Virus record (IMG/VR): IMGVR_UViG_3300047157_000197
Span: 62,001 to 126,000 of that record
Strand: one strand, 5' to 3'
DNA length: 64,000 nt
A model generated the notes under the pieces. The model was not told where the DNA came from. It ran no database searches and saw nothing but the letters and a program-made list of their open reading frames with translations. The translations under genes were made by a program, and so were the position numbers. Positions 18,877 through 28,888 of the stretch are shown here, piece by piece. Position 1 is the stretch's first letter; every line of letters starts with the position of its first letter.

Positions 18877-20067
18877 ATGGCTATATTAAAAAATAAAGAT
18901 AAAGATGATATCAAAAGTGGTATTGTCAATTATTTGTTACATTGTAATGAAACCGTAGATACTAATATTTTAGTAAATAAAATAAATAGTTATTTACCTT
19001 TCGAAGAACGATTAAAAGACCCTAGTATGTTTGAAACTAGTTTAAATATTTTAGTTACTACTGGTGCAGGTAATACAATTCAAGGTGGGGCTGATATATG
19101 GACAAATCATTTTTTAAAATTAATCTGGCCAGAATTGCCAAAAAGAAAAAACTGGAAATTATTAATAGATTCTAAACGACCAACGAACTTTGATACAAAA
19201 TCTTTACCAGAGGGATTAGACTTCCATTTTCATGGAGATGACCCAAGCAAAACAGAAAAGTGGTTATCGGAGTGTATGGGGATTTATTATCTACACTCTC
19301 ATTATCATAAAAGAGAATATATATGGAAATGGGAACGTAAATTTAAAACTATTTTTGTTCATGCATACCCAACAGAAATGGAAGAAGTTATAAATAAAGT
19401 ACCTGAATTAAAAAGATTACAATTTAATACAAAGGTTGATAGTGCATTTTACAATGAGTTTGTACAAAGTTTTAATAAAAGAATTTGGATAGGTAATAAT
19501 CCAAGTAAACTATTAGATGATTTTCCAAACTACACATATACTATACCAAATTTTTATAAATTTAAACATAATATAAGACCAAACGATGAAATTAATAATA
19601 AAATTGGATTTGCATCAAGAGCAGAATCAAGAAAATGTTTGCATTGGGTTCATGGTCATTCAGGCTTTGTTTTAACAGGTAAATATGATTTTGAAAACTT
19701 AAAAGAGAGTACCGGCTACTCATTCCCAGGTGTTAAATTTTATCAATGGAATCCCTCTATTCATGATAAGTTTATGAGAAAAGATTTTGATATATTTCAT
19801 GGAGCTTATTTTAAAGAACCATTTGGTTATTCTATATTTCAAGCAGTTGATTATGGAAAAATTCCAATTATTCATACTGATTGGGCAAAAGAAATAGATT
19901 ACAAATATAGAGCAAGTTCTAAAAATGAATTTGATAAGATGGTTAAAAAAATAATTGGTGATGATAAAAATACACGATTTCAAGAATTTTTTAAGCTAAA
20001 AACTTATATGATGACTTTTGATAATGTAGAAAATTGGTCTACAAAAATATTAGAAAAATTTATTTAA
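18877..20067 (+). CDS. GT-B (GT4-like) glycosyltransferase
   Basis: N-terminal TTGAG...GGA loop; C-terminal EPFGYSIFQAVDYGKIPI motif. Confidence 0.65.
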   Translation: MAILKNKDKDDIKSGIVNYLLHCNETVDTNILVNKINSYLPFEERLKDPSMFETSLNILVTTGAGNTIQGGADIWTNHFLKLIWPELPKRKNWKLLIDSKRPTNFDTKSLPEGLDFHFHGDDPSKTEKWLSECMGIYYLHSHYHKREYIWKWERKFKTIFVHAYPTEMEEVINKVPELKRLQFNTKVDSAFYNEFVQSFNKRIWIGNNPSKLLDDFPNYTYTIPNFYKFKHNIRPNDEINNKIGFASRAESRKCLHWVHGHSGFVLTGKYDFENLKESTGYSFPGVKFYQWNPSIHDKFMRKDFDIFHGAYFKEPFGYSIFQAVDYGKIPIIHTDWAKEIDYKYRASSKNEFDKMVKKIIGDDKNTRFQEFFKLKTYMMTFDNVENWSTKILEKFI

Positions 20068-20068
20068 T

Positions 20069-20077
20069 ATATTTATA
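20069..20077 (+). promoter_or_regulatory. ATATTTATA putative promoter
   Basis: Intergenic copy. Confidence 0.55.
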
Positions 20078-20094
20078 TATACACAAAAGATACT

Positions 20095-20871
20095 ATGTCT
20101 ATTATTAACTATGTCTTAGTTAAAGAGTTTTTTACAAATAACTTCAAAATAAAAAAAGACACAAACGAAAAAGAGTTCAAAGAATTATCACCTGTTAAAT
20201 ACAGATGGACACATGGTGCAACTGATTTGCATCTTGGAGATGGTTTATTGATATATTCTGCTATCCAATACATGAGAGCAAAAATTTGTGTATGTTTAGG
20301 AAGTGGTGGTGGATTTATTCCAAGAATAATGTCACAAGCAAGAATGGATTTACATGACCAAAAAATATTTGACGGAGAAAAGTTAATGGAATGGGGTAAT
20401 GTAGGAACAACTATTTTAGTAGATGCATCAAATGGAGTTGGGGGATATACTGATTGGATAGAAAAAGATTCATTTTATAGAACACATTTTCCAAGTAGAG
20501 TAATATTAGATACAACAGAAAATGCATATTACAACTTTTTTGTTAAAGAAGATATAAAAATAGATTATCTTCATATAGATGCAGGACATTCATATGATGA
20601 TGTAAAGAAAGATTTTGAATTATACAGTAAAATACTAAACCCTAATGGTATTATATCTATTCATGATACTGATGAATCATTTGAAAAAGAACATATCATT
20701 ACAGATGATATATTAGATGATTTTCATCAAGAATATGCAAATGGACCAGCAAGGTTTGTTAAAGAGTTAAAAGAAAACAAAGAATGGGAAGTTTTTAATT
20801 TTTTTAATAATGGTATATTAAGAGATAAACCTTCTTCTACTGGTTTAACATTTATAAGAAGAAATGCATAA
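20095..20871 (+). CDS. Class I SAM-dependent methyltransferase (Methyltransf_24-like)
   Basis: VCLGSGGGF and IDYLHIDAGHSYDDVKKDF...GIISIHD. Confidence 0.85.
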   Translation: MSIINYVLVKEFFTNNFKIKKDTNEKEFKELSPVKYRWTHGATDLHLGDGLLIYSAIQYMRAKICVCLGSGGGFIPRIMSQARMDLHDQKIFDGEKLMEWGNVGTTILVDASNGVGGYTDWIEKDSFYRTHFPSRVILDTTENAYYNFFVKEDIKIDYLHIDAGHSYDDVKKDFELYSKILNPNGIISIHDTDESFEKEHIITDDILDDFHQEYANGPARFVKELKENKEWEVFNFFNNGILRDKPSSTGLTFIRRNA

Positions 20872-21712
20872 AATAAATTTAGTTACAGTTGTTGGACACA
20901 ACACTACACTTCTACCACATATGATAAATCACTACAAAGATATTGTAGATGAGATTTATGTAGTAGTTTACAGACAACATACCTTAGATGGTATTTTAGA
21001 AGATGTAATTAATCTTGGTATCAAACCTTATAAGATAGTAACTGAAGAAAAATTTAATTGGGAAAGAGTAACTCAATTATATAATGAAGTCAAACAAACC
21101 AAACCAAACGAATGGTGGGTGGTTTCAGATGATGATGAATTTCATATATATCCAAAACCTTTACAAGAAATGATAAATGATTGTGAGGATAATGGGTGGG
21201 AATTTATCACAGGAGGATTCCTCGATAGGATAGGAGAGGAAGGAGAGTTTCCTTTGGTAACAAAAGAAACAAATATTTGGAAATCGTTTCCACTTGCAGG
21301 ATTTTTTAGATATCCGATGAGTGGGGCGATGCCAAACAAATGTTGTGTAATGAAAGGTTCGGTGGATGTAACACCTGGTCAACATTTCGCAGTAATTGGT
21401 GATACTGATACTTGGAGAGAACGAGGGTGGAATCACCCTAAAAGATACCCAATGGGTAGAGGTGAGGGATTTATACAAGTTCATCATTTCAAATGGGATT
21501 CAACCGTTCTTGAAAGATTAAAAGAAGTATCAGAAACAAAAAAAGATTATTCTTATTGGAAAGAATATAAAAAAATGTATAAAGCTATAGAAATAAATGA
21601 TTGGAAAATTGACATTAATAATCCTGAATTTATGTTTGAAAAAATGATTGATAATAATCATTGGGATTATATAAAATGGAATAGATTATTTAAGAAAATA
21701 ATTTCCGTTTAA
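20864..21712 (+). CDS. GT-A glycosyltransferase (GT2/GT92-like)
   Basis: LLPHMINHY, WWVVSDDDEFH (DxD), IQVHHFKW. Confidence 0.7.
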   Translation: MHKINLVTVVGHNTTLLPHMINHYKDIVDEIYVVVYRQHTLDGILEDVINLGIKPYKIVTEEKFNWERVTQLYNEVKQTKPNEWWVVSDDDEFHIYPKPLQEMINDCEDNGWEFITGGFLDRIGEEGEFPLVTKETNIWKSFPLAGFFRYPMSGAMPNKCCVMKGSVDVTPGQHFAVIGDTDTWRERGWNHPKRYPMGRGEGFIQVHHFKWDSTVLERLKEVSETKKDYSYWKEYKKMYKAIEINDWKIDINNPEFMFEKMIDNNHWDYIKWNRLFKKIISV

Positions 21713-21723
21713 TCAATTTCTAT

Positions 21724-21732
21724 ATATTTATA
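21724..21732 (+). promoter_or_regulatory. ATATTTATA putative promoter
   Basis: Intergenic copy. Confidence 0.55.
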
Positions 21733-21766
21733 TATATTAACATTAATAATTAAAAATACAAACGTT

Positions 21767-21949
21767 ATGCCTGCAAAAAAAGATGAAACTGCACAACTTC
21801 TTGAAGAAAGAAAAGTTAAAGCTCTTGAAAAAATAGGGAATTCAATAGATGCACTTACTTTATGGTTTGAAGAAATTGATAAAGAGGAATGGGGACCAAG
21901 AATGGAATGGTACCTATCAGAGTGGTACGAAAACAAAATCAAAAAATAG
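21767..21949 (+). CDS. Small hypothetical protein
   Basis: 60-aa helical ORF after promoter motif. Confidence 0.6.
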   Translation: MPAKKDETAQLLEERKVKALEKIGNSIDALTLWFEEIDKEEWGPRMEWYLSEWYENKIKK

Positions 21950-21952
21950 TAT

Positions 21953-23374
21953 ATGCCTAAACTCGGTATCATTGTTCCATATAGAAACCGAAGAACTCAT
22001 TTAAATCATTTTACTACTGCAATTAAAAACTATTTCAATAATTCAAATATTGATTATGAATTAGTAATAGTTGAACAAGCAGATAAAAAATCATTTAATC
22101 GTGGTGCATTATTAAACATTGGTGTAAAAAAAGCACAAGAATTAGAATGTACTTATGTTGCTTTACATGATGTTGATATGTTACCCGAAGATGTTGATTA
22201 TTCTGATGTAAGAGTTCCAACACACTTAGCAACAAATTTCATTTCAGAAAACAAAGAAATGAAACGAATTGTATTTGATGAGTATTTTGGTGGAGTAACC
22301 CTATTTCCAATAAATGATTACTTTCATGTAAATGGGTATTCTAATAAATATTGGGGATGGGGGTACGAGGATGATGATTTACTTTGGAGATGTAAAGAAA
22401 ATTTTATTGATTTTAACACAAAACAATTACCATCAAAAGCACATAGTAGTACAGCACTAAAATTCAATGGTCATACGAGTCAAGTAACAATTCCAAAACC
22501 ATTTAAATTAAAAAACTATACATTATTTTGCTCATTTAATCCAGCAGAGATTGAGTGTAATGAAGGATATATGTTTGATGAATACAATATTCTTGCTATA
22601 CCAGGTATGGATACTGGATTTACGTTTAATTCATATAAAAGATACAAATTTGAAACTTGGACAGCAGATAAAAGATGTATAAGTTTAAAATCAAATATTT
22701 CATCTCCAAAGCAAACTATATTATGTGCATCAATAAATCAAGATGAAGGTAAAGTAAAATTTTACCAAGATGGTGAACTTGTTGATGAGGCTGAATATGA
22801 GGGAAGAATATTACATTATAATAATGAAAAAAAAATATATTTAGGAAATTCACCATCTCTTGAACATAATAAAAGGAGACCGTTTAAAGGAACAATTGAC
22901 TATTTTGCATTATTTAATCATTCACTAGAACCCACACAGATAAAAGAAATATCTACTAACACAGGTCTTGGATTGACAGAATCATTTGGAGCTTATGTTG
23001 CACCACATACTTTAGAAATGTGTTATGATATGAGAAATTCTAGTCTTTCAACAATCATAGATACCTCACATAGAAAAAAGATAGCAGAAGTGAAAGATTG
23101 TGATAGGGTTTTTGTAAATCAAGTAGCTGATTTTGTTGAAATACCAATACCATATCGTAGAGAAAGTACTTTTAAACTTTTATATCATAAAGAAAATGGA
23201 TTTTATGAAAATAAATGGACATGGACCGAAACAAGAAAAAATCAGCTTTATTTTTATAACAAAGTTTTAAAAGGAAAATCTGATTACAAAAGAGATGGAG
23301 TTGATAATGTAAGATTTGAATTATTATCAGATACAAAAATGGATAATTATTATTTTATATCAGTTGAATTATGA
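21953..23374 (+). CDS. GT7 galactosyltransferase-like enzyme with inserted LamG/ConA domain
   Basis: IIVPYRNR, FNRGALLN, HDVD, YFGGV, YWGWGYEDDDL; LamG insert (FYQDG, IYLG, GTIDYFALFNHSL); GT7 C-tail (YHKENG...YKRDG). Confidence 0.85.
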   Translation: MPKLGIIVPYRNRRTHLNHFTTAIKNYFNNSNIDYELVIVEQADKKSFNRGALLNIGVKKAQELECTYVALHDVDMLPEDVDYSDVRVPTHLATNFISENKEMKRIVFDEYFGGVTLFPINDYFHVNGYSNKYWGWGYEDDDLLWRCKENFIDFNTKQLPSKAHSSTALKFNGHTSQVTIPKPFKLKNYTLFCSFNPAEIECNEGYMFDEYNILAIPGMDTGFTFNSYKRYKFETWTADKRCISLKSNISSPKQTILCASINQDEGKVKFYQDGELVDEAEYEGRILHYNNEKKIYLGNSPSLEHNKRRPFKGTIDYFALFNHSLEPTQIKEISTNTGLGLTESFGAYVAPHTLEMCYDMRNSSLSTIIDTSHRKKIAEVKDCDRVFVNQVADFVEIPIPYRRESTFKLLYHKENGFYENKWTWTETRKNQLYFYNKVLKGKSDYKRDGVDNVRFELLSDTKMDNYYFISVEL

Positions 23375-23784
23375 TAGCAGAAAAATATGATGTAGGTATA
23401 ATTGCTGGAAACTTTGATGTAATACATCCAGGTTATATAAAAATGTTTAAAGAATGTAAATCATATTGTAAACAATTTATAGTTTTATTACATACAGACC
23501 CATCAATAGAAAGACCACATAAACTAAAACCAATTCTCACTAAAGAAGAACGAACTGAAATTTTAACTTCAATAAAGTATATAGATGGAATTGCATATTA
23601 TACTTATGAAAAAGAATTGGTAGATTTGATAGAAAGGTTATCACCCGATATCAGATTTTTAGGAGATGATTATCGTGGTAAAACATATACAGGGTTTGAA
23701 TTAGATGTACCAGTTCATTATTTAAACAGAGACCATGGTTGGAGTACAACTAAATTTAAAAAGTTAATAGCAGATACAATATGA
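23371..23784 (+). CDS. Cytidylyltransferase (TagD/HldE-like HIGH family)
   Basis: GNFDVIHPGY, GDDY, WSTT motifs. Confidence 0.85.
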   Translation: MIAEKYDVGIIAGNFDVIHPGYIKMFKECKSYCKQFIVLLHTDPSIERPHKLKPILTKEERTEILTSIKYIDGIAYYTYEKELVDLIERLSPDIRFLGDDYRGKTYTGFELDVPVHYLNRDHGWSTTKFKKLIADTI

Positions 23785-25250
23785 AGTTAGGAGTTTGTGT
23801 TCCGTATAGAAATAGAGAAGCTCACTTAAAAGAGTTTATACCAAAAGTTGGAAAATATTTAGATGCACAAGGCATTGATTACTGTATTTATTTTGCACAC
23901 CAAGTTGATGATAAATTATTCAACAGAGGGGCAACAAAAAATGTTGCAGCAAAACACGCATTTGAAGATGGATGTGATTATATAGTTTGGCATGATATAG
24001 ATATGATACCAGAAGAAGGGTGTGATTATTCATTTCCTAAAAAAACACCAATACATATTGCAACTTCAATATCACAAATGGATTACAAATTAAAGTATGA
24101 AGAATACTTTGGTGGTGCGGTTTTATTTTCAAAAGAACAGGTAGAAAAAACCAATGGATATTCAAATGATTATTGGGATTGGGGAATGGAAGATGATGAT
24201 TTATTTTGGAGATGTGTATTAGAAGGATATGCAGATGATACCTATATGGATTATCCAACTGATGACCAAACCTATTTAAATTTTAATGGTTTAAATTCTT
24301 TTATTAAAATAGATAAAGATGCTAAATTAAGAAACGTAACATCTCGTTCTCACACAGTTTCAATATTAGTTCGAGCATATCAACAAGAAGATAAAGTTAA
24401 TATTTGGTTGGTAGGTGATGATGAACGAAGATTTTGTGAATATCCAATAATTCGTAGACCAGGATATGATTGGGGATTGAGTTATAATAATTCAAGAGCA
24501 TATACTGCACAACTTTGGGATAATGAAAAAAATCATTTATATCAATGGATAAAAAGATATGAAGGCCAATGGACTTGGATAACTTTAAAAGTAGATTCTG
24601 CAACTCAAAAAATACATTTTTATTTAAATGGAAAAGAATCAGATGCAAGACATGGTCATGGTACACAATCTCCATTGTCATATGAGAATAGATTAAAATC
24701 TTATGGAATGGGTGATTGGTATATTGGAACTACTACATCTGCAAGAAAGAATGATATCAATCGTTGGTTAAAGGGAGATATTGGAAAAGTTTATGTATGG
24801 AATCGTAATTTAAGTGATGAGGAAATAAAAGATATTCATAAAAATGTACCTGAAAATAAATTGGTACTTCATTATGATTTTAATTCAGAACAACAAAAAA
24901 ACTCACCCTATACTGCAGTTGATTTAACTGGCAATGGATTACATGGTAGTATAAGAAATGCAGAATTAAAAAAAGGAAAAATTAAAATTCCTTATACAAT
25001 AATCCCACATAGAATACCTGGAAAACTAAAATGTTTACCTCACAAAGATGAGGGGTTGGTAAAAAACAAAGATGGAAAAGAAGTTTGGGCAAAAGGAGAA
25101 ACAACTGCAAGAAACGAAAGACGATATGTTCTTCAAATGCAACAAGGTACTTGGGATTATAAATCTGATGGTATTAAACAATTAAAATATGAATTAGTTG
25201 GAATTGAGGAAATAACTCCAAAAGCAAAACTAATAAATGTTAAATTCTAA
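23781..25250 (+). CDS. GT7 galactosyltransferase-like enzyme with inserted LamG domain (paralog)
   Basis: VPYRNRE, FNRG, WHDID, YFGG, YWDWGMEDDDL; LamG insert. Confidence 0.85.
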   Translation: MKLGVCVPYRNREAHLKEFIPKVGKYLDAQGIDYCIYFAHQVDDKLFNRGATKNVAAKHAFEDGCDYIVWHDIDMIPEEGCDYSFPKKTPIHIATSISQMDYKLKYEEYFGGAVLFSKEQVEKTNGYSNDYWDWGMEDDDLFWRCVLEGYADDTYMDYPTDDQTYLNFNGLNSFIKIDKDAKLRNVTSRSHTVSILVRAYQQEDKVNIWLVGDDERRFCEYPIIRRPGYDWGLSYNNSRAYTAQLWDNEKNHLYQWIKRYEGQWTWITLKVDSATQKIHFYLNGKESDARHGHGTQSPLSYENRLKSYGMGDWYIGTTTSARKNDINRWLKGDIGKVYVWNRNLSDEEIKDIHKNVPENKLVLHYDFNSEQQKNSPYTAVDLTGNGLHGSIRNAELKKGKIKIPYTIIPHRIPGKLKCLPHKDEGLVKNKDGKEVWAKGETTARNERRYVLQMQQGTWDYKSDGIKQLKYELVGIEEITPKAKLINVKF

Positions 25251-25275
25251 TATATATTAATATACAAGAAATTCA

Positions 25276-26724
25276 ATGGCAGAATTAATAGCAAAACAAG
25301 AAGAAAAAAAGAGAAAAATTAACATAGATGACGATAGTCCATTTTACGTTGATATACGAACTTCACTAAACGATACAGGATCTGGTTTTTGTTTAGCTAA
25401 ATGGACACAAGTTACAATGCATTTGCAACTTGGACATACGCATTCTTGTCATCACCCAAAAACACACCAAATTCCATTAAGGGAATTAAAAAGAAATCCA
25501 ACTGCTCTTCACAATACAATGTATAAAAAGAGAAGAAGAAAAGAAATGTTGGAAGGACAACGACCTGAAGAATGTGATTATTGTTGGAATGTAGAAGATA
25601 GTTCTAATAGATTTTCAGATAGAACTTTTAAATCTGCTGAGAATTGGTCTTATCCGTATATGGATGAAATAAAACAATTAGGTTGGAGAGATGATTATAA
25701 TCCAAAATACGTTGAAGTTTCTTTTTCAAATGCATGTAATTTCAAATGTTCATATTGTGGACCTGCATTTTCAACTCAATGGATGGTAGAGGCTGAAAAA
25801 TATGGTGCATATCCAACAACAGATGGATTTAATGATATAGAGTATCTCAAGCTAGAAGGAAAAATGCCAATGCCAGTTACACAAGCAAATCCTTATGTAG
25901 ATGCTTTTTGGAATTGGTGGCCAAACCTTTACACCGATTTACATACTTTTAGAATTACAGGTGGAGAACCTTTAATGTCACAAGATACTTGGAAAGTTTT
26001 AGATTATATCTTAGAACACCCAAATCCAAATAAAAATTTAAATTTAGCAATTAACTCTAACTTAGGAGTACCTGATAAATTAGTTGATAGATTTATAGAA
26101 AAAGTACAAAAAATATGTGAGGAGGATAGAGTTAAAGAATTCGTAATCTTCACATCAGTAGATAGTTGGGGAGCACAAGCAGAATATATTAGAAATGGTT
26201 TAGAATTTAATAGATTTTGGGATAACTGTCATAAAGTTTTAGAAAAGTGTCCAAAGGTTATTTTAACTTATATGGTTACTTATAATGCATTATCAGTTCC
26301 AAACTATGACAAACTTATTAGAGGTGTTTATGATTTAAAAACACAATATGGTTCTGATGATAGATATTGGAATTCTGCTACATTTTTAGATACATCTTAT
26401 TTAAGACATCCAAAACATCAAACAGTTCAAGTATTAGAACCACATTGGGCAGATAAAATTTATGCAGATGCTCAGTTAGTAGATTTCTTAGGTGTTCCTT
26501 TATTTGAAAAAGAATATATCGGTTATTCTGATGTAGAGATTCAAAAATTAAAAAGAACATTTGATTGGATGAAATCACCAATACCGGAAAAACAACTTGA
26601 AACACAGAGAAGAAATTTTGGATATTATTTTAGAGCACACGATGAACGAAGAGGAACTGATTTTTGTGCAACATTCCCAGAATTAGAAGAATTTTATAGA
26701 AAATGCTTAGAAATTAAGATATGA
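25276..26724 (+). CDS. Radical SAM protein with N-terminal Twitch/SPASM-like domain
   Basis: CLAKW...HSCHH...CDYCW then CNFKCSYC, ITGGEP, INSN. Confidence 0.85.
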   Translation: MAELIAKQEEKKRKINIDDDSPFYVDIRTSLNDTGSGFCLAKWTQVTMHLQLGHTHSCHHPKTHQIPLRELKRNPTALHNTMYKKRRRKEMLEGQRPEECDYCWNVEDSSNRFSDRTFKSAENWSYPYMDEIKQLGWRDDYNPKYVEVSFSNACNFKCSYCGPAFSTQWMVEAEKYGAYPTTDGFNDIEYLKLEGKMPMPVTQANPYVDAFWNWWPNLYTDLHTFRITGGEPLMSQDTWKVLDYILEHPNPNKNLNLAINSNLGVPDKLVDRFIEKVQKICEEDRVKEFVIFTSVDSWGAQAEYIRNGLEFNRFWDNCHKVLEKCPKVILTYMVTYNALSVPNYDKLIRGVYDLKTQYGSDDRYWNSATFLDTSYLRHPKHQTVQVLEPHWADKIYADAQLVDFLGVPLFEKEYIGYSDVEIQKLKRTFDWMKSPIPEKQLETQRRNFGYYFRAHDERRGTDFCATFPELEEFYRKCLEIKI

Positions 26725-27455
26725 TAGAACTTACAGGAGACAACGCATTCTTTGTCCCACCAAAAAATAGATACGGATTATCTAAAAAAGAAACATTTGA
26801 TTTAACGGAAAAAGATTTTACATTTACTGTTAAAGTAAAAATTAATTGGAAATCAATGATACCTGGAACTGCAACTCACGAAGGTGGTATTGTTGCAAAA
26901 AACGGTAGACATTGTGGATTAAGTGCAATTAAAACTGGTGATAATCAATGTTACATAAAAGCACAATTTTGGACATGGGTGAGTAGAGAAGTGGGAGTTG
27001 AATTTCACGATACATGGATTGATGTAAAGGAAAATGAAGATTGGATGTCCATTGCAATGATTCATGATAAAAGTAAAAAAATAGTAACTTGTTATGTTGA
27101 TGGTCAAGAATCAAAAATTTCATATTCAGGTGAAATAATTGATTATAGAGATTCTTGGATTTGGATTGGGTGTAATAATTCACTTGATAGTTGTTCACCA
27201 GAACATAGAGGATTTCTTTCAGGCTCCATTAAACACCTATCTATTTTTGATAGTGCATTAAATATATCCGATATTGAAGAAACTTTTAAAATCGAAGAAT
27301 TTTCAGATATAGATTTTAGTAAATCTCCTTGTGGTATTTATTCTTTTAATCCAAAATGGCAAACACCTTATAAAGTTATGGATATTACAAATAATGGTAA
27401 TTCTATGATATTATTTGATAAAAAGTGGATGGCAACAGAAACACAATTATTATAA
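26721..27455 (+). CDS. Stand-alone LamG/ConA-like lectin-domain protein
   Basis: DFTFTVKVK, CYVDG, IWIG, GSIKHLSIFDSAL pattern. Confidence 0.7.
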   Translation: MIELTGDNAFFVPPKNRYGLSKKETFDLTEKDFTFTVKVKINWKSMIPGTATHEGGIVAKNGRHCGLSAIKTGDNQCYIKAQFWTWVSREVGVEFHDTWIDVKENEDWMSIAMIHDKSKKIVTCYVDGQESKISYSGEIIDYRDSWIWIGCNNSLDSCSPEHRGFLSGSIKHLSIFDSALNISDIEETFKIEEFSDIDFSKSPCGIYSFNPKWQTPYKVMDITNNGNSMILFDKKWMATETQLL

Positions 27456-27460
27456 CTCAA

Positions 27461-28888
27461 ATGAAAAAGTATATTCATTTTGTATATGATTTTAAATTTC
27501 CAAATGGTTACTTACAATTTGGATACACTAAAAGTACGATAAAAGATAATTTTTTTTATCAAACAGAAAATACTCAAGAAGATGTTGTTCTTTTAGCAAG
27601 TCCACATGCTCCCTCTAATTTACGACCACAAGTTGGTATGTTTGCTGATGAGTATGTTAGTACAAACAAAAATTGGAACAAATTGGGTGTAAATCAAATT
27701 CAAGATATTATCGATAGAAAACATTACGATTCTAAGAAAACTTATTTTTTTATCACTTTAGAAGCAACAACAATATCAAATTTTTTTGAATATTATTTAA
27801 ATCCTAATTTGAATTTTGATGATATAATATCTCCAAAACTTTTAAATTATTTTAAAACAAGAGATGAGTTTAAAATAATTTTAATGGATAATAGAGAAGG
27901 TAGTTATCCCCATGATGTAAAGTTATTTACTAAATTTAGTAAATGGTTGGATAAACATAATGTAAATGCTAATAATAAAATTATTATTTCAACTTGTAAT
28001 GAAAAAATAAATAATATCAAATTAAATGACAAAAGAATAGTTGTTTACAATAATGATTATTATGTTTATTATGCAGGTAAATTCATACAAGAATGTGAAG
28101 AACAAAATAATATAATTAGAGAACATGGTAAAGAGTATCAGTATTCATTACAAGAAAATTTAAAATTTAATAAAAAAGAAAAATATTTTTTAAATTATAA
28201 TAGAAATTCTGCAAGGTGGCATAGACCCTTTTTAGTAAATGAATTATATAAACATAATATTTTAGAGAAAGGTATAGTTTCATTATTAAAAACAGATGAT
28301 TTTGACAAGAATCTTGGTGAAATTAAAAATGATTTTGAAAACTATGATTTAAAAAATGGTTTAAAATTAAATAATACTGATTATAAAGAATTATATTCCA
28401 ATCATAAAAAATGGTATCCTTTAGTTATTGAAAATGCAAACGAAGAAGAAGTTGCGTGGTATCATAATTTTTTAAGTAGAAAGGATGAATATGAAAAAAC
28501 ATATTTTTCAATAGTTTCTGAAACAAATGCAACTAGTTGGTATCTATTTATAACAGAAAAAACATTAAAACCAATAATGAATTTACATCCATTTTTAATA
28601 AATGGAAATCCATATACAATAAAACATCTAAAAAAATTAGGATTTCAAACTTTTGATAAATGGTGGGATGAAAGTTATGATAATGAAACAAATTATAAAA
28701 AAAGAACAGAGTTGTTAGTAAAACAAATTGAAATTCTTTGTAATAAAACACATGAAGAATGGATAGTAATGTTACAAGAAATGCAACCAATTTTACATTA
28801 TAATAAAAATCTTTTAAAAGAAAAATATACTAGTAAATCTTATGAAAAAAATTTACTAAATCAATTTAATAAAAATACAATGCTATGA
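27461..28888 (+). CDS. Putative glycosyltransferase-like protein (ET...TEK..KP family, paralog 2)
   Basis: IVSET...FITEKTLKPIMNLHPF...GFQTFDKWWDESYD; likely start 27461 (track 27425). Confidence 0.5.
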   Translation: MKKYIHFVYDFKFPNGYLQFGYTKSTIKDNFFYQTENTQEDVVLLASPHAPSNLRPQVGMFADEYVSTNKNWNKLGVNQIQDIIDRKHYDSKKTYFFITLEATTISNFFEYYLNPNLNFDDIISPKLLNYFKTRDEFKIILMDNREGSYPHDVKLFTKFSKWLDKHNVNANNKIIISTCNEKINNIKLNDKRIVVYNNDYYVYYAGKFIQECEEQNNIIREHGKEYQYSLQENLKFNKKEKYFLNYNRNSARWHRPFLVNELYKHNILEKGIVSLLKTDDFDKNLGEIKNDFENYDLKNGLKLNNTDYKELYSNHKKWYPLVIENANEEEVAWYHNFLSRKDEYEKTYFSIVSETNATSWYLFITEKTLKPIMNLHPFLINGNPYTIKHLKKLGFQTFDKWWDESYDNETNYKKRTELLVKQIEILCNKTHEEWIVMLQEMQPILHYNKNLLKEKYTSKSYEKNLLNQFNKNTML

